DNA from: Eledone cirrhosa
Taxonomy: Eukaryota
Length of the DNA stretch: 64,000 bases
Assembly: GCA_964016885.1 (NCBI GenBank)
Contig: OZ024746.1
Span: 64,976,001-65,040,000, forward strand
Direction: 5' to 3'
The notes beneath the pieces were generated by a model. The model was not told the origin of the DNA. It searched no databases and was given only the letters and a program-made list of their open reading frames with translations. Below are positions 1-12,058 of the stretch, piece after piece (position 1 is the stretch's first letter; each line of letters opens with the position of its first letter). The position numbers and the translations under genes are program-made.

Positions 1-386
1 GCGATTAGGTCTTCAAAATGTTTATTATAAACATACAGAATATTTTCGAATATTCTATGTCTATATTCACATATATATCGCTATTTCAGAGCATTTATTC
101 CAATTTCTAATTTCTGCCGGACCGGCAACCGCTCTTTCAAACCAGTTCCTGTACACAGCTAAGTATTCTATAAGTCTCTAGCTGTGTCATTCTCGATAAA
201 AGCACTGGATATGTAGTCCTGAAGATTTCTAATAAGAATGAAACGCGTAGATTACTTCCCTTGCTTTTATCGAGAATCTAATTGTAATACGTGACGTATT
301 CTATTCTATAGCGATTAGGTCTTCAAAATGTTTATTATAAACATACAGAATATTTTCGAATATTCTATGTCTATATTCACATATAT
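1..386 (+). repeat. Tandem 310-bp non-coding unit containing a hammerhead (retrozyme/pLTR-like); runs off the window start
   Basis: 1-76 is repeated at 311-386; HHR at 213-255; ends in a TA/TATG microsatellite. Confidence 0.75.
189..277 (+). ncRNA. Minimal type I hammerhead ribozyme with extended stem I
   Basis: gtagtc-CTGAAGA-t ttct aata agaa t-GAAA-cgcg-TA-gattac (213-255); flanked by a 16-bp inverted repeat at 189-204/262-277. Confidence 0.8.
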
Positions 387-545
387 GTATATATATATAT
401 GTATATATATATATGTATATATGTATATATATATATGTATATATGTATGTATATATGTATATATATATATATGTATATATATATATGTATATATATATAT
501 GTATATATATATATGTATATATATATATATGTATATATATATATG

Positions 546-578
<33 letters not shown>

Positions 579-647
579 GTATATATATGTATATATATAT
601 ATATGTATATTTATATATATGTAAATATATATATATGTATATATATT

Positions 648-1354
648 TACATGTTTTAGGTGTGTATTAAAATAGGTTCTTACAAATTGCTGGGTTTGTG
701 TCACATGTAAAACAGAATTCGTCAACTTTTCGTCGTACTGATTAGTTTGGGAGTAAAATGGATGTATTCGTCTGGATGAGTTTTCTACGCAATTTCTAAC
801 CCTCTCTGTTGCTATACACAATTATAATTTCATTCTTCTATTCTTGGAGACTTTGGGATTAAATAAGAATTTACGCAATTAATTAATTAATAATTTAACC
901 TATTATCAAACAGCTGTAAGTATTTAAACATTGAAACTTTCTGATTTGATTAGTTGCAGAATTCAACCCCCGTATGCCACGCAAATGTAGTTATGATGGA
1001 CTGTATTACTGCGATAAACATCACCTGGATGATATTTTCTATATTCCGGCAGAAATGGTTTTTAATTGGAAGTTCGATATGTTTAAAGGTAAGAATGGAT
1101 TTAATTGTTTGATTGGTTGATTGACTTTCTGTTTTTTTTAAAAATATGTATTCAAAGAAGGGTAGTGGATTGGCATAGAGTTATGGCCTTTTACATTATG
1201 ACTTCAATCACGCCGAGGTTGGCTTTGCCTTTCATCCTTACGGGATCGAAAAAATAAACTAATCAGTACAACGAAATGTTAACGGATTCTGTTTTACATG
1301 TGACACAAACCCAGCAATTTGTAAGAACCTATTTTAATACACACCTAAAATGTA
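648..1354. repeat. ~100-bp inverted repeat pair (648-748 / 1256-1354) flanking exon 960-1088
   Basis: ttttaggtgtgtattaaaataggttcttacaaattgctgggtttgtgtcacatgtaaaacagaat and its reverse complement; the right copy interrupts a SINE. Confidence 0.85.
960..1088 (+). CDS. Exon of Rubicon-homology (RH/DUF4206) domain protein, DEF8/PLEKHM/RUBCN family-like
   Basis: ttgcag acceptor, gtaag donor; encodes FNPRMPRKCSYDGLYYCDKHHLDDIFYIPAEMVFNWKFDMFK, matching the RH N-terminal C-x-Y-x-G-x-YYC..H..IPA..NW.F motif; phase 1/1. Confidence 0.8.
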
Positions 1355-1390
1355 TCCATTCAATTTAATCGACCCCCTCCCCAAATATAG
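1170..1390 (-). mobile_element. Octopod-type SINE, degenerate, interrupted
   Basis: cgccgaggttggctttgcctttcatccttacgggatcga, the reverse complement of the core at 15560-15610. Confidence 0.6.
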
Positions 1391-1490
1391 TTACCGTCGT
1401 ACACAATAAAACAAATTGTGTTCAAATGAGTCAATACTTTCATCCTTGTTTCAACAATGGTTACTGACGCATATTTATTTATTTATGTAG

Positions 1491-1603
1491 TGTCGCGCCC
1501 AAATTATGAGTTTCTACGGTCATGGTTCGATCAGCCTGTCATTGATCTGAGTACGCTATGTGCACGGCTTCATTATTATGTGACACCTTTGAATAACGTG
1601 CGG
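1491..1603 (+). CDS. RH-domain gene exon
   Basis: tatgtag acceptor, gtaaat donor; VSRPNYEFLRSWFDQPVIDLSTLCARLHYYVTPLNNVR; phase 1 in, 0 out, consistent with neighbouring exons. Confidence 0.78.
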
Positions 1604-2207
1604 GTAAATATGTTTTGCTTTTATAACTTTTTAAATGTCATTTCTTTGTATTTTAAGCTTTTTATGAAAGTTCTTTTTTGTGTGTGATTTTCATGTGCAT
1701 ATTATCACAGCTTTATCTACTAATAGTGACATTTTATCGTCGTAGTTTCTCAGAGATTTTATATTTTATCACAGCTGTACGCACTCGGCGTATTTCACTA
1801 CTCTTATTTCTGTTTCGTTAATACTATTTTAACACAGTTATAAATTCTGACTTTCACGCTTGAGTTACCTGTAACTCTGTCAACGTGGCCAGTCTCCATT
1901 CACAACATCTCTGCCCTCCTTACTCATACACATGCACCAACGAACCACATTCCTTCCTTCTCACATTCTAATATTCTACTCCACCAACCCACCCACTACA
2001 TACATACATACATACATGTTGGCTGCCCCCCCCCCCCTCGTTATGGAGTACGGCCATTGCACGATATACCATTATTCATAATTATTAATTAATTCTATCA
2101 TGCAATGCCTGTACGTGAAGATATTTTTTAAAGTGAGGAAAGACTGCACTGAGCCAATCCCACTCTCTGAGCGACAGTAGCTATAACCCGAAAAGAAGAA
2201 AAAATCA

Positions 2208-2405
2208 ACATCATCGGTAACTACTGAGCCGCAGGTTTTATATCGGAGTTATCCCAGTTTCCTGAGTTGCCTTCTCATAGAAGTATGCCCTGACAAAAGC
2301 TAGGGGTCCTTCACTCGCAGTGGTTTAACCGCGCGGTACATGTGTATATACATATTTACATACTTTCGGATGGCCGTTGACTCTTATGAGTTCTTCCGCC
2401 CTTAC
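2208..2405 (-). mobile_element. RTE 5'UTR-like repeat, related to 16048-16510 and 39654-40112
   Basis: Shared blocks ggatggccgttgactctta, tgccctgacaaaagctaggggtc, tatatcggagtt. Confidence 0.55.
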
Positions 2406-2992
2406 ATACATACATACATACATACATAGATACATACATACATACATACACACCTATCTAGACTTCACCTCCTCCAAACATTCGATACCCTACTCTCAAA
2501 TACTCAAATACTGTCGATTCTGCAGCCAAGACCATGTCTCAACACATTGACTCCAACTTCATTCGGCATGGGTACGCGCTACCTTGTTCCAAGCAACTCC
2601 CACTCGTGTCCGTGAATTTAACCGCACCATAGCTTTCTCATCCCACGACCACTACCTAACTCCTCCTTCCCTTTCATCTCGCTGCCCTGTACCCTATCCT
2701 TCCAGCGCCGTGTCCTTCAATGCTTTCGAATCCTCCTTTATGATCCCATTACTCTCTCACTCACCCTCATTCTCTGCCTTAAAGTGCACCATAAACCCCG
2801 TAATCCGTAGCTACACACGTGTTTTCCCCCTGAAAAAAAAATCCGTTTCTTTCTCTTAGTCTCCTCTATTGCTAATTCTATTATCAAATGAAGGAATAAC
2901 GTCCGAAACTTTAAGACTTCTTTCCTACAATTTCAAGCGTTAAACTAATTCATATCATCATTCTATTTTATTGTTCTCCCGTGTTTCACTTG

Positions 2993-3035
<43 letters not shown>

Positions 3036-3038
<3 letters not shown>

Positions 3039-3088
3039 ATAATAATAAATTTGAAGACTAAAATCCAAAGAGGGCTCGATAAGGATAA

Positions 3089-3090
<2 letters not shown>
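3036..3090 (-). mobile_element. Tail-only micro-insertion of the PLE at 29281-30330
   Basis: Near-identical to 29281-29335; flanked by (TA)n on both sides. Confidence 0.75.
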
Positions 3091-3128
<38 letters not shown>

Positions 3129-3346
3129 AATTAAGACAATATACATAATTAATTATACGTATGTATATGAGTTTTACTTCGACCACTTTTTATTTTGGGT
3201 ACCTATCCTCTGTGATCCTGTCTCTATTCTTGTACTCCGCAGAAGGGCTAAAGCCCGCCACGTCGTACTTTCTTCCTCCTTTTCCATATAAAGCGCGAAA
3301 CTAATGACTTTTTGTACCTCTGCTTTTTTCGTTTGCTTGAACTATG

Positions 3347-3401
<55 letters not shown>

Positions 3402-3419
3402 ATGTATAATAAACAATAC

Positions 3420-3497
3420 AATTACCTCATTACCAGAGGTTTCCCGAATAAGACGAATACGAAAAACGTCCTCATTCGTTCATCGGACAAGGCAATT
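3420..3497 (-). ncRNA. Type I hammerhead ribozyme (CCGATGA core variant)
   Basis: Minus strand: aattgccttgt-CCGATGA-long stem II-GAAA-cc tct gg-TA-atgaggtaatt; stem I is 11 bp with G-U pairs. Confidence 0.7.
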
Positions 3498-3549
3498 CAA
3501 AACATAGTGAAATATTTGAAAAATCTCCTTCAATTTTCAACGGAAACTT

Positions 3550-3620
<71 letters not shown>

Positions 3621-3626
<6 letters not shown>

Positions 3627-4157
3627 AAAGTTAAATAAAAGTCAAATGATTAAAATTTAGCTTCGTTTATTACTGCTATATATATTTCAGTGACAGCCAT
3701 CTTTGGCTGTGACCTCTTCAGGCAGTTTGAATTAGTATGGTATAGACAAGTACATATGTTGTTTAGGTGTATGATATTGTCAATACTCTGATATGCCCAG
3801 TTCCTTGTTGGGTTGTTAATTCACTGGGGAACTGGAGTCATATGACTCCAGTTCCCCAGTGAATTAACAACCCAACAAGGAACTGGGCATATCAGAGTAT
3901 TGACAATATCATACACCTAAACAACATATGTACTTGTCTATACCATACTAATTCAAACTGCCTGAAGAGGTCACAGCCAAAGATGGCTGTCACTGAAATA
4001 TATATAGCAGTAATAAACGAAGTTAAATTTTAATCATTTGACTTTTATTTAACTTTATTCTACACTACTCCGGAGTAATCAAACCAACCTGCGCACTTCG
4101 TCGAGTGCTCCAGCCTGCATACTGAGGTGTTGGTATACAACCAACATAAACTCAAAA

Positions 4158-4160
<3 letters not shown>
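3621..4160 (+). mobile_element. PLE pLTR fold-back insertion: 221-bp palindrome arms plus ~95-bp tail
   Basis: 3621-3841 is the reverse complement of 3842-4062 (no spacer, 1 mismatch seen); tail 4063-4160; microsatellite flanks. Confidence 0.85.
3957..4011 (+). ncRNA. Type I hammerhead ribozyme (mirror copy at 3672-3726, minus)
   Basis: actgc-CTGAAGA-ggtcacagcc aaagat ggctgtcact-GAAA-tatata-TA-gcagt. Confidence 0.85.
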
Positions 4161-4208
<48 letters not shown>

Positions 4209-4210
<2 letters not shown>

Positions 4211-7200
4211 AAGGCGGGTAAAATTCCCGAGATCCATGGACGAGTTCTCTGCAGCGGTCTCTATCCCTCATTATCGCTGCCATATCCTGCATCTCCAACA
4301 GACCAGTGTCTGTCCTTAGGGCATCAACATATGTTAACCTTGGTCTTCCTCTTCTAGTGTGTCCATGTAGGGGCTCCCAAAGGAGCACTGAGTGCAATGT
4401 CAACTCTGGATGTCGGTGAGCATGTCCAGCCAACCTCAGTCTCCTCTGTGTCACTTTTGAGCTGACTTTTGGGATGCTCCCATACAGCTCTGAGTTTTTC
4501 ATCCTCAGTGTATACTGATTAATGTTCAGAGCCATCCTCAGCATTCTCGTGTAGCACCCATCCACCATCTGAGTGAGTCTCTTGGTCAGTGTCCAAGTCT
4601 CAGACCCATACAGCAGCACAGACTCCACTACAGCAATGAAGAGGCGGATTTTCAGGTCTCTACGAAGGTCCGACTTCCACACCGATCTCAAGCTGTGACA
4701 CGCCGCCCAGGCCTTGCTCTTCCTCTCAACCACATCATCTTCCGTATTCCCAATCTTTGCTCCCAAATACAGGAAGTCCTCAACCAATTCCAGCGGCTTC
4801 CCACCTACATTAGCGATCCCCTCTGGCTTCTCAACATTCTCTACCAGATATTTTGTTTTAGTCTCATTCATTCTCAGCCCCACACTCATCGACACAGTCT
4901 CAACCTCCTGCATCAAATCCTCTGCCTCCTTCACTGTATTTGTCACCAAAACTATGTCGTCGGCAAATTCAGCATCCGATACCTTTTTCGCCCCAACTCT
5001 CCTGCTCTGAGCCGGTGCTACAGTAAAGCCAGTGTCCTGGTGTTTCTCCAGTGCAAGGCGCATACAATAGTCCACTACGATGATAAAAAGGTAGGGAGCC
5101 AATGTATCTCCCTGGAGCACTCCAGCCAGTATCTCAAAGAACTCTGTCATCCCATCAGGTGTAATGACTTGGGCTTTGGTGTTGGTGTAGAGCAGTGATA
5201 TCAGGTACACTATCCTCTTGGGGATTCCATAAGCCTGTAAGATCTTCATCAGGCAGTAACGGTCCACAGAATCAAAGGCCTTCCTAAAGTCAATGAAAAC
5301 CATGACCGCAGGTAGGCACTTTGCTCTAGCTCCCTCTAATATCCTCCTCAGCATCAGGATGTGACTAGTGGTTGATCTACCCTCTCTGAAGCCGTTCTTG
5401 TTGTCCCTGAGCTTCTTCTCCATCTCAGGCTGGATCCTGTTAAGAATCATCCTGTTGAGGGTCTTTGCCACAAGTGACGTCAGTGAGATCCCCCGGTAGT
5501 TGTTGGTGTTAGAGAGATCTCCCTTCTTTGGCACTGGGACGATGTTACTGATCCTCCACTGATTCGGGGCAACTCCTTTCTCCAGTGCCCCGTTACAGAA
5601 CCCCAGGATGATATCATCAAAATCACACCTCTTCATCACCTCTGATGCCACTCCATCTTCTCCATGAGCCTTGCCCTCCTTGATCTTCTTCTTGGCTCTC
5701 TGAAGCTCCTCTCTGGTGAAGGGCTCTGTCTCAACATCCAGTTCCTCAAACAGCCGCCTGATCTCCCCAGTGCTCTGGGCTGTGGAGGGTGGCTCTCCTA
5801 GTAGGGTCCTAAAATGGTCTAGCCATTTACTCTTCCTATCCTCGGGCCCCCTCCCTGGATCTGACTCGAACACCTTTTCTTCCTCCCTGTGATCTCGTTG
5901 ATGATCATCCAGCTCTCCTTACATCCAGATCTGTCAACCGCTCTCTCCACACTTCTGATCTTCTCTATCAGTGCCTCCTCTCTGACCTCAGTGTAAGCGG
6001 TACAGAGCTCTTCCCTCATCACCTCCACAGTCTCCATCCTCTCCTCCGTAGGATCAGCATAGAATTGGTCCCTGGCAGCTTTCAGGTGTTCTCTGGCTGC
6101 ACACACTTTTGGGTTTGCAGAGCTGACGTGCTTCCCTTTGTTCTTTTTCCTCGGCACCAGGGTTTCACTTGCTTTCGCCACTGCATTGGTGAAGTGCCCG
6201 TACCTCCTCGTCACACTCTCCTCAGTCCATCCAATCTCTCTCTCCTCTGACTCTCCACACAGAGCACTAAACCTGTTTCTCACTTCCACTGTGAACCTCT
6301 CCTGTAGCTTATCATCTTCCTTGAAAGCTCCCCAGTCATAGATTGTTCTCCGGGGCTGAGCCTTGCTCTTTCTTAAGCTCACGCGGACCTCACTCATAAC
6401 AAGCCGGTGGTCACTACCCAGTGTACTGAAATAGCTGTATGGTTCTGTGTTCAGAACACTATTCCGCCACTTTTTCCTCACCAGAATGAAATCAATCTGG
6501 GACTTGGACAGGTGCATATCTGAGATGTAGGTCCACATCTTCCCCAGATTCTTCCTAAACCTTAGGTTGGTCGCCATCAAGTTCGCCTCCAGCAGGGTGT
6601 CTCTCAGTAGTCTTCCATTTCGGTTGGTGTTGTTATGGAAGTACCAGCAAGGATCTTCACTGCCCTCCTTACTCAGATGTGCATTGAAGTCCCCCAAAAC
6701 AAGCAGGATATTGTGTGCCTGAGTGGTGTTGACAGCCCCACACACCTCCTCATGGAACTCCTCGGCATTCACATCACTGTCCCCCTCGGTTGGACTATAG
6801 GCTGAGATGACTGTCAGTCTTGGGTTTCCATTGAAGGTCACCCTCAACACTCGCGGGGAGATAGGCATTATTTCCCTCACCAACAGATTGGTTTTTGCAC
6901 TGAACACAAAACCCACTCCTCCTACTGCAGCATTTGTTGTGTTCTTCACTGCCGATGTAGTGATGAGCTGGCTCTTCCTCCCGATCATCACACTCCTCAC
7001 GGGCTCATCGTGTAGAATCCTGTGTTCTTGGATCGCAAGTATCTGTATACCACTCTCCTCGAACAGATGTCCCAACTCCTCTCTCTTCTCCAGCGTTCGA
7101 ATAGTCCTCACATTCAAAGTGCCCATTTTGATGGCTCTTCTGCAGGACAAAACTGCATTCTTTATATTTGTCTCAGAGACAGCTGATCCATCATCCACTG

Positions 7201-7303
7201 GCCCTCTCTGTGGCTCTAAGCCAGCAGAGTCATAACGACCAGGCTGCTCCTTGACAGTGTAATTAGGGGCTCTAACCCTAGTGCTGTTAGATCGACTCTC
7301 CAT
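4209..7303 (-). pseudogene. APE endonuclease + reverse transcriptase ORF with one frameshift near 5850
   Basis: APE motifs GTLNVRT, AIQEH, AYSPT, LGDFNAH, QIDFIL, SDH; RT motifs NYRGISL, FIDFRKAFDSV, GVLQGDTLAPYLF, FADD, LLYGSETW; ATG at 7303. Confidence 0.9.
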
Positions 7304-7511
7304 ATTTCTTTTCAATGGCTGACAATACCTTACCGGCGCCACTCGAATAAGGTAGTTATTTAACCCATAAATGGAGCCCTAACAGGTACTACCACCCCGG
7401 GCCAGGGCAGACCTGGGAGTCATGACAACTAAGGGGTAACTCCACATTCCCCACATCTCCTGAACTCCCGAACTGGAGCCTTGCCACTGGATGTAGTTTA
7501 ATGTCATACCC

Positions 7512-7517
<6 letters not shown>
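4209..7517 (-). mobile_element. Full-length RTE-clade LINE (~3.3 kb) inserted in (TA)n
   Basis: 5'UTR 7304-7517; single APE+RT ORF; TA microsatellite on both sides. Confidence 0.9.
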
Positions 7518-7562
<45 letters not shown>

Positions 7563-7752
7563 TTTTATTAACCTGTTGGTTTTGTCGTTGCTTTGGTGTC
7601 GTGGTTAGGCCTGCTTGCCACAGTTTTCAATTTATCATGCCGTCTAACGAATGTTATTACTCTGAGATTCCTCATCAAGTGCTTGGTAGCACATTCCTCA
7701 TTGTATCTCGTTGGCTTGGCTACACCCGAAGCTTCGATTTTACTAAACTTGC

Positions 7753-7799
<47 letters not shown>

Positions 7800-8212
7800 G
7801 AGAGTAAAACAAAGAATCCTTTAATACATCAAAAGTTTTTATTAGCCGACAATGTTTCGTCCTATTAAGGACTCATCAGGGCAATCAAAACAACAAGAGG
7901 TAATTTCGGCAGATACAAGCCAGAAACTCTGAAGAATATGGAGTTTACATACACTAATGTCTTACAAAGATATACGATAATAAAAATGAAGATAAAAATA
8001 ATAAAATTATAATAACTAAGGATGTAGATAACATTAAGAACCATATTACAAATATAGTCCAAAGTCACCAACTTAAATCTAAACAAATTTGGTTATACAG
8101 AGCAGGAATTATATATAACACAGTATAATACATTATAATAATAATATATCTATACCAACACTGAAATTCCAAATCAAAAATCAAAAGGTACAATATATAC
8201 ATGTATATATGT

Positions 8213-8274
<62 letters not shown>

Positions 8275-8612
8275 TACAATACACATATCTATTTTCTATT
8301 ACACAGAAATTAAGCCCTATTGGAAGTTTGAACATCAAAAATATCAAAAATAAGCATGGTAATAGTGAAAATAATGCTAATACATCTACCCAATATACAT
8401 GAGGCAATAATTACAAGAAACACTTATAATAAACAACAAAATTATATAATACAATACAATATAATAAAGTAGAATATATATAATCTCCGGTTAATTTACA
8501 GAAACAATATAGATGTCACAGTGAAATACAATGATAAATTGTTAACATTATATTAACAATTACCATAAACAATAACAAATATAATACCTCTAAGAGACAA
8601 GTCGAGCCCCCT

Positions 8613-9728
8613 GTGCGCTCACGCATTGGTGTTGGTTTGGCTGGATCTTGTTCTAGTAATGTTGCTCCTACTGATCCTATCATTGGCCTTAATCCTCTTG
8701 TAGGGATTCTGGACAACAGTGGATCTACTAGAGGTAGAAACTATAATAGGCATAATGTAATTATGGCTGATTCTATGAATGCGGCTTCAAATATTCCCGA
8801 TAGTAACCCTAGTCTCGACGGTGGGACTTTTGATAGAGGTAGGGTCGATAAGAATAAAAATAAAAATAGAAGGCGATTGAATACTTATTTCAACCCGCCA
8901 TATAACCAGGATGTATCAACTAATATCCCTAGGTCTTTCTTCACTATCCTGGAGAAAAATTTCCCCCCTTCTCACAAATACCATGGTATTTTTAATAAAA
9001 ATGTTATTAAACTATCATTCTCTACCACCCCTAATATTAGTTCTCATTTAGCTAGCACTAATAATAGGAAGATTAGGGATGGATTCTCCTCTCTGCAGAC
9101 TAATAGTCTGAATGCATCGGACAATGCTTTACCACCAGAACAGTCCTTATCTAATAGACGTCCTAAGTGCAATACATCACCACTCGAGCCAACCAATAAC
9201 ACCCGGATGTGCAATTGTAGAGTGAGTGCTAACTGCCCTCTAAACGGTAACTGCCTTTCTAAGAACATTGTCTATGCTTGCGAGGTTATAACTAATTCCT
9301 CTAAAGGAACATATATAGGATCTACTTCAAACACTTTTAAGACTAGGTTTAACTCTCATATCTCTAACTTCAAACATATTAGGTTTAAGAATTCTACCTC
9401 TCTAGCGCATTATATCTGGGATCTTAAGGGAGCTTGTATACCATATAGCCTTAACTGGAGTTTAGTAGCACGATCTAACCACCTTTCTGCACATAGTAAG
9501 TTTTGTAATCTCTGTATACTTGAGACACACTCTATTATTTTCTCTAGCGTACCCTTACTGAATAGAAAGTCTGAGATATTCTCTTCTTGCCCCCATGCAA
9601 TTTCTAATTCTTACTTTTATTATAAACCCAAATGTTCTAGTAGTACAAATCGTACCATTAGCAGATATATTCCATTACTTAGTTTTTTGTTTGGGTTCTT
9701 TTGTTTGCCAACACTATTGTTACCATAG
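8613..9728 (+). CDS. PLE C-terminal region with GIY-YIG endonuclease (FNPP / CxCx5C type, resembles the Hydra clade)
   Basis: YFNPPY..FPPSHKY..IFNKN, CNCRVSANCPLNGNC, NIVY..YIGST..FKTRFNSH, CNLC..E, LLNRKSE. Confidence 0.85.
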   Translation: MRSRIGVGLAGSCSSNVAPTDPIIGLNPLVGILDNSGSTRGRNYNRHNVIMADSMNAASNIPDSNPSLDGGTFDRGRVDKNKNKNRRRLNTYFNPPYNQDVSTNIPRSFFTILEKNFPPSHKYHGIFNKNVIKLSFSTTPNISSHLASTNNRKIRDGFSSLQTNSLNASDNALPPEQSLSNRRPKCNTSPLEPTNNTRMCNCRVSANCPLNGNCLSKNIVYACEVITNSSKGTYIGSTSNTFKTRFNSHISNFKHIRFKNSTSLAHYIWDLKGACIPYSLNWSLVARSNHLSAHSKFCNLCILETHSIIFSSVPLLNRKSEIFSSCPHAISNSYFYYKPKCSSSTNRTISRYIPLLSFLFGFFCLPTLLLP

Positions 9729-11165
9729 GTTTTTGATGACTCTTCATTCTAGCTCTCATAATCATTTGGCCACTGTACCATATCTATGTCTTCACTATTA
9801 CACCTTGTTAGTATACATAAGATTACACACGTTATTATCTTTATATATTCTTTTATTATCATTAACTTTAATTTTTAATTTTAACATTATTTTTATTTTA
9901 ATTTTTATTTTTAATTCTATTTATATTTTTATTTCTAAGTCTATTCTGATTTATCTATCGACCCCCCCCCCCCCTTCTTCCCCCCCCCATGCACGCATAA
10001 ACTTATTGTCAACCCCTCTAGATTGAATATGATTATATTACCCCCCCCCCTCTTTTATGCTCTGTTCTATTATTTATTATAGTATATCGAATATATTTTA
10101 TGCCACTTCGCACCCTCCATATATTTTGTCAATTCTGTCCCCATTAGCCTACCTTAACTCTACTTAAGTCAGTTTTTTAGATATCGTTGCGTGTATGATA
10201 GTGTAATTTTATTCCTTTTTGTAAACATTTGTAACGATACATTAAAGTTTATATACTTTAATGACTTAGACTATAGCTAATTTTATACTACCTTATCGGA
10301 CGGGTTTGATATTTTTAATATTAATTTATCAGATAGGATTTGGAGTCATTTAAAATGATCGTTTTCCTTGGTGTTTACCAAATTTCTTAATGCACGCGAG
10401 GCCTAAGTGTGTATACATTCGCTTTGTTTTGTAATTTCCGGTTGATTGTATTTATCTGTTTTATTTACTACTCACTGTCTGGCTTCGTTCACTCATCCAC
10501 ACATGTCTGTCTACTAACCTTGAAATTATAAGTATTTATTTATATATTATATGCCAATTTTTAAAATATATTACATTATGATATAGATCCTTATTACTTA
10601 CCGTTTATTATATATAACATTAAGATAGTTAAACTTTATATTTTTTTGATATTTTAATATTTTAATATTGTAATATGTAACATTATGGTATTTAGACTTT
10701 ACATATCATGTTAGATGTCTATATTTTTTCTGTAACAACATATTTTTTCTGTAACATCATAATTGTTCCCTGTACCAATATAGTTTTTTTGAGTATTATT
10801 GTATTATATTATATGATTGATATTTCCCCATTTATTATGTAACCCAGTATGAATCATGTTGTACATATTGTTTATGGTAATTGTTAATATAATGTTAACA
10901 ATTTATCATTGTATTTCACTGTGACATCTATATTGTTTCTGTAAATTAACCGGAGATTATATATATTCTACTTTATTATATTGTATTGTATTATATAATT
11001 TTGTTGTTTATTATAAGTGTTTCTTGTAATTATTGCCTCATGTATATTGGGTAGATGTATTAGCATTATTTTCACTATTACCATGCTTATTTTTGATATT
11101 TTTGATGTTCAAACTTCCAATAGGGCTTAATTTCTGTGTAATAGAAAATAGATATGTGTATTGTA

Positions 11166-11202
<37 letters not shown>

Positions 11203-11530
11203 CACATATATACATGTATATATTGTACCTTTTGATTTTTGATTTGGAATTTCAGTGTTGGTATAGATATATTATTATTATAATGTATTATACTGTGTTA
11301 TATATAATTCCTGCTCTGTATAACCAAATTTGTTTAGATTTAAGTTGGTGACTTTGGACTATATTTGTAATATGGTTCTTAATGTTATCTACATCCTTAG
11401 TTATTATAATTTTATTATTTTTATCTTCATTTTTATTATCGTATATCTTTGTAAGACATTAGTGTATGTAAACTCCATATTCTTCAGAGTTTCTGGCTTG
11501 TATCTGCCGAAATTACCTCTTGTTGTTTTG

Positions 11531-11575
11531 ATTGCCCTGATGAGTCCTTAATAGGACGAAACATTGTCGGCTAAT
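11531..11575 (+). ncRNA. Type I hammerhead ribozyme (mirror copy at 7841-7885, minus)
   Basis: gcc-CTGATGA-gtcct taat aggac-GAAA-cattg-TC-ggc; canonical core, GUC site after 11568. Confidence 0.92.
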
Positions 11576-11929
11576 AAAAACTTTTGATGTATTAAAGGAT
11601 TCTTTGTTTTACTCTCTTAATTTTTCGGCTCTGTTTAACTGCATTGAGCTATACCTTTTGCTGTCATTTCTATAATACGAAGAGGGTGTTTGACTCAAAC
11701 ACGCTCCAGTATTCTAATCCTTATATATATATATATATATATATATATCTATGTGTGTGTGTGTGTGTTATATGTATATATGCATGCTATATATTTACCA
11801 CAATATGTTAAACATATTTAGAAATAAACGTCTCTCATTAAATCAGCTCTTTCTATATTTTTGAATAACACATTTTTATGTATTCAGCTATATTTCGACG
11901 TATACAATGTTTTATCAAATTGTTCACAG

Positions 11930-12058
11930 GATCAGAGACAATACCTAAATTATCTCCACGGAATTCTAAATACATGTTACTCGAGTGAAGTGAAAGATCT
12001 ATTGAGTAGCTGGCCATGTAGCTACATATATGAAGAAGAAGACCTGTATTCAATGCAT
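11930..12058 (+). CDS. RH-domain gene exon
   Basis: cacag acceptor, gtaagt donor; 43 codons DQRQYLNYLHGILNTC...EEEDLYSMH. Confidence 0.82.

Larger units (their letters stand above)
7795..11722 (+). mobile_element. 5'-truncated Penelope-like element with ~760-780-bp inverted pLTR arms and ~100-bp tail
   Basis: 7795-8574 is the reverse complement of 10866-11621, differing mainly in (CA)n length; GIY-YIG ORF between the arms; tail 11622-11722; TA flanks. Confidence 0.9.

Noticed and set aside
911-959. cag-ct-gtaagt as a micro-exon or upstream donor
   Set aside because: Would require a 44-nt intron; no supporting reading frame
2885-3270. HHR-like scraps at ~2887 and ~3235
   Set aside because: A stem II is present but core boxes are mutated; counted as dead relics, not ribozymes
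3621-4062. Perfect palindromes as sequencing or assembly fold-back artefacts
   Set aside because: They are confined to HHR-bearing elements, have asymmetric tails and reproducible family endpoints, and some carry mismatches; raw-read confirmation is still advisable
4695-7235. Plus-strand ORFs overlapping the RTE (and similar antisense ORFs over PLE RTs)
   Set aside because: Shadow frames with no recognisable motifs
7795-11621. DNA transposon with long TIRs
   Set aside because: The internal ORF is a PLE GIY-YIG, the arms contain HHRs, and a one-sided tail follows
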